From NCBI GenBank assembly GCA_964036045.1, contig OZ038378.1, forward strand, positions 52,638,001 through 52,702,000: a DNA stretch of 64,000 bases, given 5' to 3'. The stretch is from Eutreptiella sp. 'Long Island Sound 2002' (taxonomy: Eukaryota > Protista > Euglenida). This document shows, piece after piece, positions 62,330-64,000 of the stretch; position 1 is the stretch's first letter; the number at the start of each line of letters is the position of its first letter. Made by a program: the position numbers and the translations under genes. A model generated the notes under the pieces. That model saw nothing but the letters and a program-made list of their open reading frames with translations, made no database searches and was not told the origin of the DNA.

Positions 62330-64000
62330 TTCACAATGACTTCTTGCCACGTTCCACAAAAATCATGATTGCATCACAAAGCCGGGTGACCGTTGCCGCA
62401 TGCATCACACATGCATGGATACTTGCGGCGGAGCAACTTCCCGGCGGGACGTCATTGGATAGCGTTGCTTCCAAAAGTTCTGCCCGTTCCTCGGCCGTGT
62501 ATGCCCCCGACAAAGCCCGCAAGTTCACACCAACACGGTGTCTTGGTGAACCGGGGCACGGACTAAGGGCACCGCTGCTGGCGGAACGGGCGATGGTGGG
62601 AGTAACGGAAAGAGAGCGTGGGCACTTTTTGGGGGGTCTTCTTTGGAGTTGACATAACACCAAAAGATTGCAAAAGAGGTCTAGGGCACAAGCGGCAAGG
62701 ACAGGGAGTAGGAAAGGGGAGGGGTTGGCACATTCTCGCACCCTACCAGGAAACACATGGCATCATAGCTCTCCTTTAGCGAAGTTGAGCAGATTCTCAA
62801 CCACTGAAATTGACAATAAATCCTAGATATCTTTAACATATCGTTGAGTTAGGACCTGGGATCAAAACCAATGGATTCGGCATGAGAAAACGCATCATTT
62901 GATCTTGCTTCACTTCTCGATTTTGTGACAATATGTTGGAGTAATGGACCCGACATGGTTGACCGTTACGTGTGCAGCAATACATCTGGGCAGACCGAAA
63001 TCCTGACCCGTCGACGATAAATGGCCCGTGGCGGCAACATATCGTTGGGTCGCGGTCCGAAACCATGATTTTTGACTTGACTTGACTTGACTTGACGAAA
63101 AAATTTGGTTCATGCACACCCATCACACAGGGGCGAGAGGAAACGAAATTCAAGAAATTATTGATCGCCTTCGTGTTGGGTGCCACTGAACTACCAGAAA
63201 TTTTTGAACACCAACAGCGGTCCCGCAAGAACCCCCAAAACCGGACGCTGTTTCAACCTTGGCTTTTTCTTTTTTCGCAATGCCGACCAACCCCAACTAA
63301 TAGGCTGACATTTACCCTACCGGGGAGAATACACCCCCCCCCCCCTCCCCGGGCAACCCCTTTTCAACAAGCTTGCTGTTTATCCTTGCTTCTCTAGCAA
63401 TCACCCAACATACAGGAAGGAGCATCCTTGTCCAAAGAACCTCACCATAGACACTCCAGTGAAGTGCACCACATGTTCTTATTTGGTTTGCATTTTTCCT
63501 TTGGGGTTGGAGTGAAGGCAGACTGCATTGTGCCCGTTATCTGTCATGTTTCGTGATTTTTGTTGAACCGGATGACTTTCGGCGAGTAAAAAATGAGATG
63601 GTGATGCATCAACTTACGAGAGAGAGTGTGTGTAGACTTCGCGGAATGTTCTCGTATACCTAGCCGCACAAGGAGTCATATCACAATTTGCGATTTTATC
63701 ATGGTCCGCAATACACAAGCATGTTGCCTACTGCAATTGAAGGGAGCTGTTATGTTCCGTTCATAGAGCGAAGTGGAGATGCCTTGCCGGCGATTCAACA
63801 TGAGCTTGAATAATTGACCACAGGTGGCACCGACTATCGAGGAAAATTTGACGATTTGGTCCGGGCGTATGAAGCCGATTGTGCAGAGGGAAAGAAAGAG
63901 TTGACCAGCTGGCAAAGGTGTGGAAGTGGAATTGCGATAACATTGCATCCCATTGGTGTCAGTGTGTCGTTGGGTGTATGATGGCACAATCTTTTGTCAC
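62330..64000 (-). pseudogene. Possible non-LTR reverse transcriptase relic
   Basis: Broken frames give, in RT order, FIRP..IV...LFKLMLNRR, VDAS, FGQGCSF, FIVDG and RYLGFIVNF. Spacing is imperfect and there are many stops. Confidence 0.3.

Overview
Eukaryotic, gene-poor, repeat-dense 64 kb window, most of it nested and decayed transposable elements and tandem arrays. A euglenid-like origin is my inference, from TTAGGG repeats, GTATG splice donors, hairpin-forming introns and CAG acceptors a few nt upstream of start codons. One convincing host gene is present: a spliced TPR protein with a Lys-rich C-terminal exon (~32.6-48.9 kb, +), whose ~9.7 kb intron is packed with elements. The mobile DNA includes a truncated piggyBac transposase with a co-oriented five-exon accessory gene whose introns are homologous hairpins. 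It also includes a decayed DDE-type transposase split by a 2.2 kb insertion with an exact 10-bp target-site duplication, followed on the same strand by ParB-like and adenine-methyltransferase-like relics, amid repeats carrying the palindrome GGGCTCTGCAGAGCCC. Further items are two PhyH-like 2OG-Fe(II) dioxygenase relics inside inverted-repeat-bracketed units, TIR elements capped by telomeric repeats, Ulp1-like protease relics, MITEs and many satellites. No rRNA, intact tRNA or CRISPR-Cas was found. All domain calls are by-eye motif recognition, not database hits.
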